Assembly (NCBI RefSeq): GCF_016433145.1 | Contig: NC_058130.1 | Location: 47,187,530-47,251,529 of the forward strand | Length of the DNA: 64,000 nucleotides | DNA from: Gracilinanus agilis | Lineage: Eukaryota | Direction of reading: 5' to 3' | Shown here: positions 63,871-64,000 of the stretch, one piece after another | How the letters are laid out: every line of letters begins with the position of its first letter | Position numbering within the stretch: position 1 is the first letter of the stretch | Program-made: the position numbers and the translations under genes | Notes under the pieces: model-generated | The model's input: only the letters and a program-made list of their open reading frames with translations | What the model was told of the DNA's origin: nothing | The model's database searches: none

Positions 63871-64000
63871 CAGATCTATGGATAAGGGAAAAACTATGAC
63901 CAAACAGGAGATAGTTTTATGCAATATAAAATAGATAATTTTGATTATTTTAAATTAAAAAGCATTTGCACAAACAAAACTAACACAAATAGAATTAGAA
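63871..64000 (+). mobile_element. L1 ORF2 C-terminal fragment (sense), runs off the window
   Basis: Translates KIDNFDYFKLKSICTNKTN, like L1 ORF2 KIDKWDxIKLKSFCT. Confidence 0.8.

Noticed and set aside
1-64000. CRISPR arrays, operons, and functional tRNA/rRNA genes
   Set aside because: This is mammalian DNA. No regularly spaced repeat-spacer array was seen, and the tRNA-like A/B boxes all belong to SINE heads.

Overview
Non-coding, AT-rich, CpG-poor marsupial genomic DNA. It is most likely opossum (Monodelphis/didelphid), inferred from SINE1_Mdo-type, MAR1-type and RTE-SINE/WALLSI-type elements that I recognised from memory, not by database search. I could not identify any protein-coding gene. 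The ORF track is explained by repeats, microsatellites, N-gaps or chance. The window is a dense mosaic of old L2, L3/CR1 and MIR fragments, L1 3' ends, an isolated L1 5' promoter end, two solo LTRs, about a dozen SINE1-type copies (several with target-site duplications, TSDs), a decayed 7SL retrocopy and two 194-bp hAT MITEs with 8-bp TSDs. Main leads: (1) the MITE copy at 49.5 kb carries a near-consensus CTCF motif plus a second partial one, 300-400 bp from a genomic CTCF-like motif, while its sister copy at 0.15 kb has these motifs decayed; (2) the 8-kb LTR has a strong-Kozak ATG and a splice donor in phase with an acceptor, ORF and polyA signal 2 kb away (hypothetical 68-aa peptide); (3) a promoter-only L1 remnant has an antisense splice donor. 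All three are hypotheses. Coordinates of old repeats are approximate (tens of bp); TSD-bounded elements were read to the base.
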